From assembly GCA_964493145.1 (NCBI GenBank), contig CAZBMV010000001.1, positions 54,623 through 118,622 on the forward strand: a stretch of DNA of 64,000 nucleotides, given 5' to 3'. This document shows, piece by piece, positions 38,996-47,931 of this stretch. The DNA is from an uncultured Candidatus Saccharibacteria bacterium. Lineage in GTDB: Bacteria > Patescibacteriota > Minisyncoccia > Phycocordibacterales > UBA918. Under the pieces are notes generated by a model. The model saw only the letters and a program-made list of their open reading frames with translations, was not told the origin of the DNA and did no database searches. Both the position numbers and the translations under genes were made by a program. Numbering within the stretch: the stretch's first letter is position 1; each line of letters starts with the position of its first letter.

Positions 38996-39322
38996 ATGCT
39001 TCCACGAAAAGAACGATTGAGTAGGAAAGAATTCAATCGGTTTTTTTCTTTTGGGAAAAAGGTACACTCGGCATCATTCACACTCGTGTACGCTCCCCAT
39101 GAGGAACTCCACGTATCCGTCGTTGTTTCAAAAAAAGTGGCACCGACAGCAGTTGTGCGAAACAAGGTGCGTCGGAGGGTGTACGACATTGTGAGAAGAG
39201 CGCGCGACGAACGAAACATTCACGGAGTATACATCTTTCTTACAAAACCATCGGTGGCACGCACAGACTACACAACACTCAAGGAAGAGGTTCGCAAGCA
39301 CCTCCACACCATTATAAAGTAA
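38996..39322 (+). CDS. rnpA: Ribonuclease P protein component
   Basis: MLPRKERL, VSKKVAPTAVVRNKVRRR; synteny with rpmH and yidC. Confidence 0.93.
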   Translation: MLPRKERLSRKEFNRFFSFGKKVHSASFTLVYAPHEELHVSVVVSKKVAPTAVVRNKVRRRVYDIVRRARDERNIHGVYIFLTKPSVARTDYTTLKEEVRKHLHTIIK

Positions 39323-39332
39323 CCAACAGACC

Positions 39333-40079
39333 ATGACGTACATTTGGCATACATTTTTCTTTGACCCAATCTATAACAGTCTCATTTTTTTTATTGATGT
39401 TGTTCGCGGAGGCGACGTGGGCGTTGCCATCATTTGTACCGTTGTTCTTGTAAAAACCATCATTCTTCCCCTCTCGCTCAAAGCGGCACGAACGCAACTC
39501 GTCATGCGTGACATAGAACCAAAACTCACTGAAATAAAAGAAAAGTATAAAGACCAACGAGAAACACAGGCACTGAAGACCATGGAGCTATTCCGTGAAG
39601 CAAAGATCAACCCACTCACGAGCATACTTCTCCTGTTCATTCAAATTCCAATCATCATCGCACTCTATTTTTCCGTGTATTCAGGTGGGGGTGTCAAACT
39701 GCCTGAAATAAATGTTGCAATCCTCTACTCGTTTATTCCCACCCCAGAAACGGTCAGTATGATTTTTCTCGGCTTCATGGACATTACCGCAAAGAGCCTC
39801 CCGCTCGCCTTCATTGCCGGCCTCACACAATTCATACACACACACCTCTCACTCCCACCGCAAAAGCCACGAGATCCAAAAGCCGAACCGAATTTTAAAG
39901 ATGACTTTGCGCGAAGTATGCACATACAAATGAAGTACGTCATGCCGATACTCATCTTCGTTGTTGCGTACACCATTTCAGCGGCAATCGCCCTCTACTT
40001 CACCGTGAGCAACCTCATGGCTATCGCACAAGAGTACGTCGTCCGCCACAAAGGCCTTAAGGTAACACACACAAATTAG
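39333..40079 (+). CDS. yidC: Membrane protein insertase YidC
   Basis: ILPLSLK, EPKLTEIKEKYK, INPL, QIPIIIALY, ALYFTVSN. Confidence 0.93.
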   Translation: MTYIWHTFFFDPIYNSLIFFIDVVRGGDVGVAIICTVVLVKTIILPLSLKAARTQLVMRDIEPKLTEIKEKYKDQRETQALKTMELFREAKINPLTSILLLFIQIPIIIALYFSVYSGGGVKLPEINVAILYSFIPTPETVSMIFLGFMDITAKSLPLAFIAGLTQFIHTHLSLPPQKPRDPKAEPNFKDDFARSMHIQMKYVMPILIFVVAYTISAAIALYFTVSNLMAIAQEYVVRHKGLKVTHTN

Positions 40080-40101
40080 AAATTTAGAAATACAAAAACC
40101 A

Positions 40102-40149
40102 ACACTTTTATATTATAATTCCCCATGGGGAATTATAATATAAAAGTGT
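40102..40149. repeat. 48-bp perfect palindrome (family copy A)
   Basis: ACACTTTTATATTATAATTCCCCATGGGGAATTATAATATAAAAGTGT. Confidence 0.95.
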
Positions 40150-40154
40150 AATGT

Positions 40155-40724
40155 ATGGAGAAAAAGGAAAAAAAGAATGAGAGAATAAAACTGGGACCAA
40201 TTGGTGAAGCAATACTCGGAGTGGTTGCGGTTACAGGCATGGTTACTGTTTTTGCGGTATTCCCTGGTGTGACAACAGTTATCGCCCCCTTTTTAAAAAA
40301 GAAAAAATACTCACCAAAGCAAGCGATTGAAAGAAATATTAACTCACTCATCAAAAAAGGAGTTCTCAAAAAAGTAACTGACTCATCAGGAAACGAAAAA
40401 CTTGAACTCACAAAACGAGGACGATGGGAGGCCGCTCTCCGGTTTACTTCTCAAGATAGAAAGCAAACAAAATGGGATGGAGTTTGGAGAGTGGTGATAT
40501 TTGACGTACCACAATCAAAAGCAAAAGAACGAGGAGAACTTCGCAGGGCAATGCGTTTTTTCGGATTCAAACTTCTTCAAAAAAGCGTGTGGGTATATCC
40601 TTTTGCATGTGATGACTTCATTACACTTCTCAAAGATCATTTCGGTGTCTCGCGCGATGTTCTCTATATGAAAGTGTCACACATTGAAAACGACAAGCAT
40701 CTTAGGAGAGAGTTTGGTTTGTAA
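40155..40724 (+). CDS. PaaX-like protein (wHTH plus Cas2-like ferredoxin-fold domain)
   Basis: wHTH-like INSLIKKG...LELTKRG, then KWDGVWRVVIFDVP...R..LR..GFKLLQKSVWVYP. Confidence 0.85.
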   Translation: MEKKEKKNERIKLGPIGEAILGVVAVTGMVTVFAVFPGVTTVIAPFLKKKKYSPKQAIERNINSLIKKGVLKKVTDSSGNEKLELTKRGRWEAALRFTSQDRKQTKWDGVWRVVIFDVPQSKAKERGELRRAMRFFGFKLLQKSVWVYPFACDDFITLLKDHFGVSRDVLYMKVSHIENDKHLRREFGL

Positions 40725-40748
40725 ATAAGCCAGCGCAACTTATTTTGT

Positions 40749-40800
40749 AACACAACTTATATTATAATTCCCCATGGGGAATTATAATATAAGTTGTGTT
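40749..40800. repeat. 52-bp perfect palindrome (family copy B)
   Basis: AACACAACTTATATTATAATTCCCCATGGGGAATTATAATATAAGTTGTGTT. Confidence 0.95.
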
Positions 40801-40844
40801 CAACGGGAGCATTGGAACAATAGGTATGATTGTTTGAAAACAAG

Positions 40845-41993
40845 TTATTGCAGATCAAACATCCAGAGCGCATTGTCGTTCTTGTTGATGAAGTAGAGCG
40901 CCGATTCATCCGGTGCAATGCCAATCGTGAGCACGTCAACCTCTCGTCCCGTTTCCGTAAGAAAATTGCTTAATACCGTTGCTTTGCCTTCTCTAATATC
41001 AATTCGCCAGAGCACGTCACTGTAGGAGATGCTCCCCATGTACCAATCATCAGGAAATCGCTTCCCTGCACCGAGGTCTTCAGGTGCAGAACAGTACAGG
41101 TATGAAGAACCACTGATACACTTTTCCGGAATGACAGTAATCGGAACAACGGAAGGGTTCCCCTCAGAAAGGTTTGCGAGAGAGTAGACAACACCATCAG
41201 CAAGCACCGTTGTAATCGGTGTTGCGTGGTGCACAATACCCATAAGGCCATACCCACCCGCGGTTACGTACCGAAGCCTATTTTTAGACACTTCATAAAG
41301 TGACCCTCGCTGCATTGCTGTTGGAACAGTGTACACGTACGTTGTCTCGCCCCAAATTACGTGGATATCCCGAAGCGGGATGCTAAACAACTGCACGGTC
41401 GTTTCTTTTTGCACATCGTATGCGTACCCCACAGAACCACTTTCATCCTTGAGTAGGTAGTACAACGTGCTCGTCGCTTCTCCAAAATGTATTTCAGTTG
41501 CTCCTGCCGGTAATTTTTTTCCTACGAATGAGCCACCCTGTGCTGATGCAAGTGTTCCAACGAGCGTTTCTGTATTAAGTTGAGACAGAAGCGTGATCGC
41601 AACAGAAGCGCCGTTTCGTGAAAATACTGCCTCGCGTGCACCAGGGAGCGTTGTGCCACTGATGAGTGACTCAGAACCATTCGCGGTGTTGATTTGGTAG
41701 ATGTGTCCGGTCCCCTGCTCCACGTAACGTATACCACCATCAACAAAACTCGCTCCCGCGACAGGGCGAACGGTAAGTTGTTTCAACTTCTGTATCTTAC
41801 CTGCGATGTTTATATCCTGAACATCAACGACCGAGTCATGAACTGCGACATCAGACGAATTTCCTCCAATACCAAAGTTTGAAAAAACTTCCGAACCATT
41901 CTTGGGAGACCCGAAGGTGAAAAGGTACGCCCACACACCTAGAATGATGAGAATGAGAAGGGTTCCTATAATAATGAGAATTGTTTTTTTCAT
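40845..41993 (-). CDS. Membrane-anchored extracellular protein (beta-rich, propeller-like)
   Basis: N-terminal TM; RYVEQGTGHIY, PEKC, PDDWYMG, LYFINK. Confidence 0.75.
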   Translation of the reverse strand: MKKTILIIIGTLLILIILGVWAYLFTFGSPKNGSEVFSNFGIGGNSSDVAVHDSVVDVQDINIAGKIQKLKQLTVRPVAGASFVDGGIRYVEQGTGHIYQINTANGSESLISGTTLPGAREAVFSRNGASVAITLLSQLNTETLVGTLASAQGGSFVGKKLPAGATEIHFGEATSTLYYLLKDESGSVGYAYDVQKETTVQLFSIPLRDIHVIWGETTYVYTVPTAMQRGSLYEVSKNRLRYVTAGGYGLMGIVHHATPITTVLADGVVYSLANLSEGNPSVVPITVIPEKCISGSSYLYCSAPEDLGAGKRFPDDWYMGSISYSDVLWRIDIREGKATVLSNFLTETGREVDVLTIGIAPDESALYFINKNDNALWMFDLQ

Positions 41994-42718
41994 TGTGGCA
42001 TACCTTGATTTCCGTCATTACCGTAAGACGCATCTCCATAAGTACATTCTCCAACTGAAGCACTTATTATTGTGAACGTACCACTACGTGCGCTACATTG
42101 CGCGCGCGCACCACTATCATCGTAATCAACGATGTTATAACACGAAGGACAAACAGGATCAAAAATAGGAGTAAGTGAGTAACGCTCCGTTTGTATGGTA
42201 ACGTTTGTGTTTCGAATCGCCTCATCGGCAAGTTGTTCTGACGTTCTACCTTCGCCCGTATCGATGCCACCTGCTCCTGTTCCCCGCGAAGACTGATTAA
42301 GTTGAACTTTCGTTGCGTTTTCCAACACATTCAATTTCGTGAGTTCCGGGTTGATGGTGTAGAGCACGATGTACGGGAGGAGGAGTATGGCAAGTCCCAT
42401 GAGCACGCCTTTAATATCATCTTTAGCAGAAGATTTACCAGTCACCACTTCAGTTGTCGCATATTTAACACCCGCGATGGCTATTTTTACAACACCGAAA
42501 AGCGCACCGATGGAAATGAGGAGAATGTATATTTTGTTTATGTAATCAGGAAGGCTCGTCGCACCAGATGTATTGAGTCCGGGGACGTTCACGAGGGGCG
42601 TGTATTTTGCCGTCTGTGCGAGAGTGGGAGTCGCAAAAACAGCAACAAAGAAAAAAACTAAAAAGACAAGAGAAAAAACGCGGGCGAGATGAGTTTTTGT
42701 TGTACATGAAGAAAACAT
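41990..42718 (-). CDS. Pilin-like (TrbC/VirB2-type) membrane protein with Cys-containing tail
   Basis: Signal peptide, YTPL..PG, two TM with AG..Y...AKDDI and YIVLYTINPEL. Confidence 0.65.
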   Translation of the reverse strand: MFSSCTTKTHLARVFSLVFLVFFFVAVFATPTLAQTAKYTPLVNVPGLNTSGATSLPDYINKIYILLISIGALFGVVKIAIAGVKYATTEVVTGKSSAKDDIKGVLMGLAILLLPYIVLYTINPELTKLNVLENATKVQLNQSSRGTGAGGIDTGEGRTSEQLADEAIRNTNVTIQTERYSLTPIFDPVCPSCYNIVDYDDSGARAQCSARSGTFTIISASVGECTYGDASYGNDGNQGMPQ

Positions 42719-42722
42719 ACGC

Positions 42723-43703
42723 TTATTCAAAAACAAGATTCAGTGCCTTTTCAATAAATTGTGGGACAGTACCTTTTGTGACCACCCGATACTCCACCTG
42801 TGCGGAGCCCGCCCCGCCCGTGCGTGCCAAAACGAGCGCGTTGGGGATACCTGTCTTTGATTGTACCTCGGTACCGTCAAGTTTCCACACAAAATCAGCA
42901 CTCTGTGCCGTTAAAGCGGTATTGAGGAAAAAGGGCTCACCGAAAAGGGTTGTTTCGTCACTCACAAACGAGAACGGATTTCGCACTTCACGGAGGAGGA
43001 GCCCGAGGAGCGGACTGTGTTCGTAAAAGTGTACCTCGGGTTCAACAAGATTTATTTCCACTTCCCCCCTTCCCACAGAGCGCCCATCATTCGCAAAAAC
43101 TTCAACGGAGATCTCTTCTTCACCAAACAGGGACGACGTGATGGTTACGGCATACCTTCCCTTAACCGGCCCCCCAAAAAGAACAGATCCCGCACGACTC
43201 CATTTATACGTGTACGCGGAGAGGGGCATGCTTGAGCCGTCGTCAACAACAGCGACGAGTTTCATTGGGGTGTTGTGTGTGGGGAGGCGGCGACCTTTGT
43301 AGAATGTGGGAACGTACGAATCTGTTTCAACAACAACATCCACGACGGAAGGTGTAAGGGTAATTTCTTTTGAGAGCGAAGGCGCTCCCGTTTTTGTGAG
43401 GACGACACGAACGGAAAGTTTTTCACCCACGTCACCCGTACGAAGAGAAATGGAGCGTTCGTTCTCAAGGTCAGACCGCCTTTCTCCGTCCACAAACCAT
43501 GAAACAGTCGCACCTATCGCATCTACCGAATAGTCATCAAGCGAAACAACGACAGTTGAGTGGGGGGCGGGGTACGATGGACGTGTGGTGAGCTGAACCC
43601 CAGCGCCGCCCAGTGCGGCAAATTGCGCATGGGCAGGAGAAAAGGAAACAAGAAACAAACCGAAAGCCAACCCAAAAAACCATAGAGAGTGAAGACGTTT
43701 CAT
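42723..43703 (-). CDS. Secreted Ig-like domain protein
   Basis: Signal peptide ending AHA; beta-rich; SWFVDG, YVPTFYKGRRLP. Confidence 0.7.
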   Translation of the reverse strand: MKRLHSLWFFGLAFGLFLVSFSPAHAQFAALGGAGVQLTTRPSYPAPHSTVVVSLDDYSVDAIGATVSWFVDGERRSDLENERSISLRTGDVGEKLSVRVVLTKTGAPSLSKEITLTPSVVDVVVETDSYVPTFYKGRRLPTHNTPMKLVAVVDDGSSMPLSAYTYKWSRAGSVLFGGPVKGRYAVTITSSLFGEEEISVEVFANDGRSVGRGEVEINLVEPEVHFYEHSPLLGLLLREVRNPFSFVSDETTLFGEPFFLNTALTAQSADFVWKLDGTEVQSKTGIPNALVLARTGGAGSAQVEYRVVTKGTVPQFIEKALNLVFE

Positions 43704-43794
43704 GTTCCCAACCATATACAGTAAGTGTATCACGCTACAGACATTCTCTGCTTAACTAATAAACAAAAGAGAGTTATTCCCAGGGTAGTCCTCA

Positions 43795-44490
43795 TTACCG
43801 CACAGCCTTTGTATTTTTGCTAAACAAAATATAACACACCCAAATAACAAGCCACGGAAAGAGATTTGTTACAGGGAAGATATTAAGCGCTAAACAAACA
43901 GCGGTCACAAATGTTGTCATTGTTGTTGCTAGGGGGTCAATTTCAAACAAATAAAATACAAACATGTAACAAATGAAAAGCACAAGAGTCATAACAACAA
44001 CTACAATCCAGAGCGCATACCCGAGAGGTTCAAAAAACAGCCAGTCTTGGAAATCAAACATCTTTCCAAGAAGTTTTCCGTACCACGTTTCATGTCGCAC
44101 ATGCAATACCACGCCATGGAGACCAAAACCAACAAGAGAACCCAATGCACAAACCAACTGGATGACGTACGCAAACAGAATTATTGAAATTGTAAAACGA
44201 AATGCTGTTTTCGTAACAACGCCAGCCGGTTTCATTTTTTTGGTAAGACTCCTTTTCAGGTTTCGTCTAACGTACTCATTCTTTGCCACACGAAGCGCTT
44301 CTGCCGTTTGGGACACAGTCCCCTCGGTACGTTCACCAGGTTCTTCCACAGGAATTTCATTCGTTTCAACACCCCTTTCTTTTTTTTCCCAATAATCAGC
44401 AAGGAGGCGTTCGTCGGTTGTTTGGCGTGATGGTAAGGAAGAAACCTTCTCATTCCAATCCTTTTGCTTGGCTTCATCAATATGTGGCAT
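43795..44490 (-). CDS. Hypothetical membrane protein
   Basis: Charged N-terminal half plus 3-4 TM segments; follows VirB4-like gene. Confidence 0.7.
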   Translation of the reverse strand: MPHIDEAKQKDWNEKVSSLPSRQTTDERLLADYWEKKERGVETNEIPVEEPGERTEGTVSQTAEALRVAKNEYVRRNLKRSLTKKMKPAGVVTKTAFRFTISIILFAYVIQLVCALGSLVGFGLHGVVLHVRHETWYGKLLGKMFDFQDWLFFEPLGYALWIVVVVMTLVLFICYMFVFYLFEIDPLATTMTTFVTAVCLALNIFPVTNLFPWLVIWVCYILFSKNTKAVR

Positions 44491-44495
44491 AGTGT

Positions 44496-46292
44496 CTATG
44501 TACTACCTCGTGCAAGTTCCGCACGCGCTTGCTGTATCTGGAGGAGTTGCGATGGGTCGGACGTGATGATTTGGTCTTCCGTGTATGACGCCATGACCTT
44601 AATCGCGACGTGCTTAAGGCCGACGAAGAAGATACCCTCCCCCACCCCTGACTCTAAAAGCATGAACTTTTCTTCATCGGTGAGGTTGAACACGCTCTGG
44701 AGTGTGTCAATCGCCGTCGGTGATTGCTTCATGAGAAGCTGAATGGATGAATTCGTGATCATCGGAACGCCGTACGGTGAGCGAAGGAAATCGTCCACGT
44801 CTTGTGTGATTGTTGAGAGGCCGAGGTAGTACTTTCGTCCGCGCTTTGCGACATTGTGGAGAAAGGCGGCCGTGTCGGGGGATTTGAGCATCCACCACGC
44901 CTCATCAATGACGAGGAGGCGCTTTTTGAGTTCACGACGAACCGCACCCCAGATGTGGTTCGTGATGATGTACATGGCGATGGTCTTCAACTCCTCCTCC
45001 ATGTCACGGAGAGAGAAGACGATGAACTTTTGATTGATGTCCACATTTGTCGGTTCGTTCATGAAGCCCGCCCACGTACCCGATGTGTACTTTGTGAGGC
45101 GTTGTACCAATGATTCGCTCCCCTCCATTCCCGCGAGTACCATTTCAAAATCCGAGAGGAGGGGTGGCGGGAGGTCGCGATAGTCACCGTTTCCCGTGAT
45201 GTCCTTGAGGGCATACACCTCGTGAAGCGCCGCATCAATGATGGCGTCTTCTTCCGGCGTGAGTCCGCCGAGCATGAGACGCATGAGCCCCACGAGTTCA
45301 ATAATGTGCGAGCGGAGAAGTTCCTTCGGATTTTCATCGGCTTGCGGTACGGGGAGATCAAACGGATTGATGTGGTGACTTGAGGAGAGCGAGATGTTGA
45401 AGAAGCGACCACCGGTTGCTTCCGCGAGGTACTCGTACTCACGTTCCGGATCAATGACGATGACTTCCGTACCGAACATGAGCGAGCGGAGAATTTCCAG
45501 CTTTGTCGTGTACGACTTTCCCGCGCCGGATGTTGCGAAGGTGACCGAGTTGTAGTTTGTGAGCTTGAAGCGATCAAAGAGCACGAGGGAACTGTTGTGA
45601 CGATTGATGCCATAGAGAATGCCGTTGTCCGAGGTGAGATCAAACGAGGTGAACGGGAAAAAACTGGAGAGTGGCGAAGAGTTGAACTTCGTGTGCACGA
45701 GGAGCATGTCGGAAACGGTGGGAATGACACTCAAGAACCCCTCTTCTTGCTGGAAAAGTGCCGGCTTAATGTAGACGAGCCGTGCATCAAGAATACCCTT
45801 TACTTCAGTTTCCATTTTGTTGAGAGTCGCCTCATTGTCGGCGTAGAGCGCAATGTAGAGGCCGACGTTAAAAAGCTTCTCTTCCGCTTGCTGAAGTTTG
45901 TCACGGAGGTCCTCAAGGTTGCGGTATGCGGCATCAAGTTGCGGGTCGCGAACCATCCCCTTCTCGGCACGCTCATTGATTTGGCTCTGAACCTCAGCGA
46001 CCTTTTTTTGGAATTTCTTAAGAGTCTCTGTCGTGTTGATAGGGTGCACAACGATAGACACATCAATTTCCCGCTCAAGGTTGAGGACAGGTTCAAGCCA
46101 CCCGTCATTGAGGTACCGCGGGTACGACACCGCAAAAAAGACACGTGAGAGGCGTCCGCTCACATTGAGACTGCGCGGATTTATACTTATTGCGGACGGA
46201 GCAACAACATCGGTGAGCGAGAGCGGAGTGTTCGCCGGCGTTGCTTCTGTAGCATCTTTCTTTTTTTGTTGTATAAAATCAAAAAGACTCAT
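44496..46292 (-). CDS. VirB4/TraC-like ATPase
   Basis: ATSGAGKS Walker A, IDPEREY, INPFD, IDEAW, RGRKY, TQDVDDF. Confidence 0.9.
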   Translation of the reverse strand: MSLFDFIQQKKKDATEATPANTPLSLTDVVAPSAISINPRSLNVSGRLSRVFFAVSYPRYLNDGWLEPVLNLEREIDVSIVVHPINTTETLKKFQKKVAEVQSQINERAEKGMVRDPQLDAAYRNLEDLRDKLQQAEEKLFNVGLYIALYADNEATLNKMETEVKGILDARLVYIKPALFQQEEGFLSVIPTVSDMLLVHTKFNSSPLSSFFPFTSFDLTSDNGILYGINRHNSSLVLFDRFKLTNYNSVTFATSGAGKSYTTKLEILRSLMFGTEVIVIDPEREYEYLAEATGGRFFNISLSSSHHINPFDLPVPQADENPKELLRSHIIELVGLMRLMLGGLTPEEDAIIDAALHEVYALKDITGNGDYRDLPPPLLSDFEMVLAGMEGSESLVQRLTKYTSGTWAGFMNEPTNVDINQKFIVFSLRDMEEELKTIAMYIITNHIWGAVRRELKKRLLVIDEAWWMLKSPDTAAFLHNVAKRGRKYYLGLSTITQDVDDFLRSPYGVPMITNSSIQLLMKQSPTAIDTLQSVFNLTDEEKFMLLESGVGEGIFFVGLKHVAIKVMASYTEDQIITSDPSQLLQIQQARAELARGST

Positions 46293-46297
46293 AGGTG

Positions 46298-46918
46298 TTA
46301 CCGTTGCGGTGCTTGTGAAAGGTCCTCGGGATTAAAAATGTGGTAGTACAGTTCGGTGAGTTCGTCTGTTCCCAGAGGCGCGGTACGGATGCCGATGCGC
46401 GCGAGCCCCTGCTCCACGACAGACACGCGCTGTTCCAACTGCATGCGGTCTTCAAAAAATTTATCTGAGACACCTCCCCCCTTTTTTGTTTTCGGCTTAA
46501 GGAATTTCCCTATACCCTCAACCTCAAGCGACGCTGACCTATACGGCACAATGACAAAGAAATTCTTTGTCATAATTTCCACTTCGCTCGTAAAGGTGGT
46601 AATGAACTCCATGTACTCTCGCAACTGAATGCGCATGAGGTCGTTGTCTTGATGCGATTCTCTCTCTTTGAGGATTTCTAGGTACGGCCGTATATCAAGA
46701 CGTCGCGACTGAGCGTATATTTGGAGAGAAAAGTCCACCGCATTAAGAAATGCCTGAAATTGAGAGAGAATCGCCTGCTGTTCTTCGGATGCTTTGAGCG
46801 CAAAGTTTATGGAAGAGGCGAGGAGCACCATACACATTTGCCCATCTTTAAGAATGACGACATCATCGTGAATGTCTGCAATGGGAACAAATTGTTGCGT
46901 TGCGTTTTGTGTTGTCAT
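46298..46918 (-). CDS. TraC-like accessory protein of the VirB4 locus
   Basis: TQQFVPIADI, SSINFALK..EQ, FFVIVPY; lies between PrgI and VirB4. Confidence 0.7.
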   Translation of the reverse strand: MTTQNATQQFVPIADIHDDVVILKDGQMCMVLLASSINFALKASEEQQAILSQFQAFLNAVDFSLQIYAQSRRLDIRPYLEILKERESHQDNDLMRIQLREYMEFITTFTSEVEIMTKNFFVIVPYRSASLEVEGIGKFLKPKTKKGGGVSDKFFEDRMQLEQRVSVVEQGLARIGIRTAPLGTDELTELYYHIFNPEDLSQAPQR

Positions 46919-46920
46919 AA

Positions 46921-47322
46921 TTAACGTTCGGTTTGATTGAGCTCAAGTTTTTTAGTCAGCGCCGAAATGGAATTTTGGTGAACGGAAGAAAGATCTGATG
47001 TTTGCTGGGCTTCTTCCCCGTAGCCGTTTGTCACCGTCTGTGAGGATTCGCGTTTCCAAAGGTACAGTTTATTCTTTGTCGTATACCGCGCCGCTGACTC
47101 AAGGAAGAGTGAGAACGGGCGATTGTTGACGCGGTGAAATGCGAGCGAAAAAGAGAGGGCGGCAATCGGGAGGCCAAAGAGAATCGCCAAAATAAAAGGA
47201 GCGCTCAAAAAAAGAATGACGAGGATGCCCACTCCACCGGCGAGGTACACGAACTGGCGCCACGTAAGGGGGCCAATAACCTTGTCTTCAATCTCAATGA
47301 ATTGAGGAACCTCAAAGCGCAT
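46921..47322 (-). CDS. PrgI family protein
   Basis: VPQFIEIEDKVIGPLTWRQF plus two TM. Confidence 0.85.
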   Translation of the reverse strand: MRFEVPQFIEIEDKVIGPLTWRQFVYLAGGVGILVILFLSAPFILAILFGLPIAALSFSLAFHRVNNRPFSLFLESAARYTTKNKLYLWKRESSQTVTNGYGEEAQQTSDLSSVHQNSISALTKKLELNQTER

Positions 47323-47378
47323 ATATCAGTATTGTACCTTATCCGCACGCCCGCTCCCCCACGGGCGTGCGGATAAAA

Positions 47379-47930
47379 CTACTCACCCGCCCTTTTCCCC
47401 TCCTCGTATGCTTCGTACCCTCGTACGGGAGAGGAGGCACCGGACTCGTCTTTGATAGACGCAATATCTTTTTGCATGGTGCGTGTTGGCGCAATTGCCC
47501 TAAGCACCTCTTCGCGTGTGAGCGGACGCGGGCTATTCTCGTTTGTACCACTCGCGTTCTCAATTCCTTCGGGACGGAGCTCAAGTTTTTCACGAGTGTC
47601 TTTATTTGCACTCGGTAACACAACTGTTTCAGCAGTAGCATTCAGCGAATTAAAAAAGACACCAATAGTTTTTTCAATTTCAGGTATATGCGCAGAATCA
47701 ATTCCCAAAGCAGAAAGTTCATTTTTAAAATCTTCAGGCGACTTAAAACCAAGAATTGTATCGCCAATTAAGTCAATGAAAGCAAGTCTTTTTTGCTCAT
47801 CAAAATTATTTTTTGTTACCAATACACCAATAACTTCTCCTAGCTCTAGGCTACCGTATAGATTTTTTACCGGCACACTAGCATTTCGGTATGCAAGAAG
47901 CCTTTTTTCAGAGGTGATAGTGTCGTTCAT
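47379..47930 (-). CDS. Hypothetical protein
   Basis: 183-aa ORF in operon context; RTMQKDI segment. Confidence 0.65.
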   Translation of the reverse strand: MNDTITSEKRLLAYRNASVPVKNLYGSLELGEVIGVLVTKNNFDEQKRLAFIDLIGDTILGFKSPEDFKNELSALGIDSAHIPEIEKTIGVFFNSLNATAETVVLPSANKDTREKLELRPEGIENASGTNENSPRPLTREEVLRAIAPTRTMQKDIASIKDESGASSPVRGYEAYEEGKRAGE

Positions 47931-47931
47931 A

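Noticed and set aside
40155-40724. Bona fide cas2 of a CRISPR-Cas system
   Set aside because: It has an N-terminal wHTH and the PaaX-type WDG.WR signature; there is no cas1 or array, and the flanking repeats enclose the gene itself.
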